From contig NMRA01000031.1 of assembly GCA_002633005.1 (NCBI GenBank), positions 1,025,004 to 1,089,003 of the forward strand: a stretch of DNA of 64,000 nucleotides. The letters run 5' to 3'. This DNA is from Phoronis australis (lineage: Eukaryota > Animalia > Phoronida). A program made the translations under genes and the position numbers. Each line of letters opens with the position of its first letter. Position 1 is the first letter of the stretch. The notes beneath the pieces were generated by a model, which saw nothing but the letters and a program-made list of their open reading frames with translations, was not told the DNA's origin and made no database searches. Positions 62,701 to 64,000 of this stretch are shown in pieces.

Positions 62701-64000
62701 TTGCCTTCAAAGGTTAATAGAAGATATGAATTATGATCGAAAATGTATCTTAAGAAATGGTACTGAAGAATATTGACAACACTATTACTCATAAATCATT
62801 TTTATTCTTTAAAAGATACATTGAATTGGCAAATTGGCAAACAAACAGCTGCATTTCAGGTGTAACTTACCTGCATCACCTGAGAGTGTAATTTTGGTGA
62901 AATTGTAGATAAAGTTCATTCCATTCTCTACATTTTGGTGTGTCACACTTTGAAATTCAATGAGAAATGGATTGTCTATGGAATTTTGAAAACAAGCACC
63001 TCAGTTTAGCCCATGTGTGCAGAGTTACTTGGGGTTCAAGGACACAATGGCCGACAGTTACTTGGAGGTGAAAGAGTAGGCAGACAGAAATTTGGTCTAG
63101 CACTTGTACTTCCCAATTGTCAAGTAATAGTTTAGTCATGTAGTTTTCAGCACATAACTGTGTGGAAATAATTTGTACAAATTTTCTCAGAAAGTAACAG
63201 TTATGGATATATTCTCAAGGCCCTTTCATACTAACGTCAATGTGTTGGGGAGTTGGGGAATTGCGGTCAGTATGAATGGTTAACTTCAGTCCTGGTTCAA
63301 AGTTAACAATGACGGTTAACTTTGCAGTAAACATGTGGATTTAACAGCAGAGCGTCAACGCTGCATTGCAGTATGAATGGTCAACTTTGGTCTCGATGAA
63401 GTTATCGGCAGGGTCCACTGTTATTGTCAACAATTAAAGGGCAGTGTCATCGTTAATACTTGCTTATATTTTGCTCGGATAATCACCAGTGGAATTAAAA
63501 ATAAATTTTATATCAATTAGCGCGTAACTGTTCTCAAATTGTCGCATTAAAAAAATTGAGCGGGCACGAGATGCATCATCACTACCTTGCAATTATTTCG
63601 ATGATGACAGCGTCACCTACCGTTTACTACCAAAGCTGGTATGAATGATTCAATATTAATTTAGCAGTTTACGTCGACGCTACGCTCATGCCGGAATTAA
63701 AGTTAGTATGACAGGGCCTTCAGATAGTTTATTCGTTTGCTGAAGTGCAATAATTATGTGGAAGGCAAAACCAAATTTTTGGTCTGAGGTCACAAGTCAC
63801 TTTTCGTGAACCATACCCCAGGGGCCGGGATCTTATTTGTGTACTCCAAATTAAAATTATTTTTGTATTTTCTATTCTAATTTTGTAAAAACTCAAAATA
63901 AGTGACTTAGTCTGTGCTCGAGTACATTAGGGTTTATGCATACAAGTTTCGAGTCCAAGTTTTCTTTTGGTGACTCCTGCAGACATGCTACAAACTGGAG
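56743..64000 (+). CDS. 5' end of a secreted or membrane protein gene (continues beyond window)
   Basis: Exon 56743-56803 (gccATGg context) encodes the signal peptide MASSPVLLVLSGVLFVFLTC and ends at a strong phase-1 GTAAGT donor. A candidate next exon starts at 63983 after ctcctgcag (DMLQTG...). Confidence 0.55.
57165..57300. mobile_element. MITE
   Basis: Inverted repeats gttcagtaacgctaggacct / aggtcctagcattactgaac. Confidence 0.7.
57893..57988. repeat. ~23-bp minisatellite next to an assembly gap (N at 57893)
   Basis: ccactccatgcagcacacaccaa units. Confidence 0.8.
61646..61998. repeat. 31-bp minisatellite (~11 copies) with an internal palindrome
   Basis: tttcacgaaacatacccctagctagggtgac units. 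There are no unique spacers, so this is not CRISPR. Confidence 0.95.
63218..63719. mobile_element. PIF/Harbinger-like MITE (~500 bp)
   Basis: TIRs aggccctttcatactaac / gttagtatgacagggcct with internal agtatgaatgg repeats. Related to 31574-32057. Confidence 0.75.

Overview
Intron-rich animal (invertebrate-like) genomic DNA, not prokaryotic. Most ORFs in the track are exon fragments or noise. Genes reconstructed exon by exon with consistent splice phases: the 3' exons of a prohormone-3/ITG-like Cys-rich precursor (+, 44-1421), a nucleoredoxin-like pseudogene (+, 7201-9130), COG5 (+, 17 exons), an unrecognised ~289-aa coiled-coil gene (-), ARP3/ACTR3 (+, 11 exons, 418 aa), Bax inhibitor-1/TMBIM6 (-, 8 exons, 236 aa, one GC-AG intron), and the start of a signal-peptide gene (+). 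Non-coding DNA holds many MITEs, two 1.51-kb pogo-like elements (one with a HIRAN-like ORF), two Penelope-like retroelement fragments with hammerhead-ribozyme-like folds, a ~177-bp hairpin-containing satellite, SINE/LINE remnants, and minisatellites that repeatedly copy splice donors. There are two N gaps, one with an artefactual 237-bp duplication. I cannot demonstrate a new biological system. The best leads are the frame-preserving 75-bp donor-duplicating array in COG5, the variant hammerheads, the HIRAN-carrying element, and MITEs carrying CTCF-like motifs. All family assignments are from recall; no searches were run.
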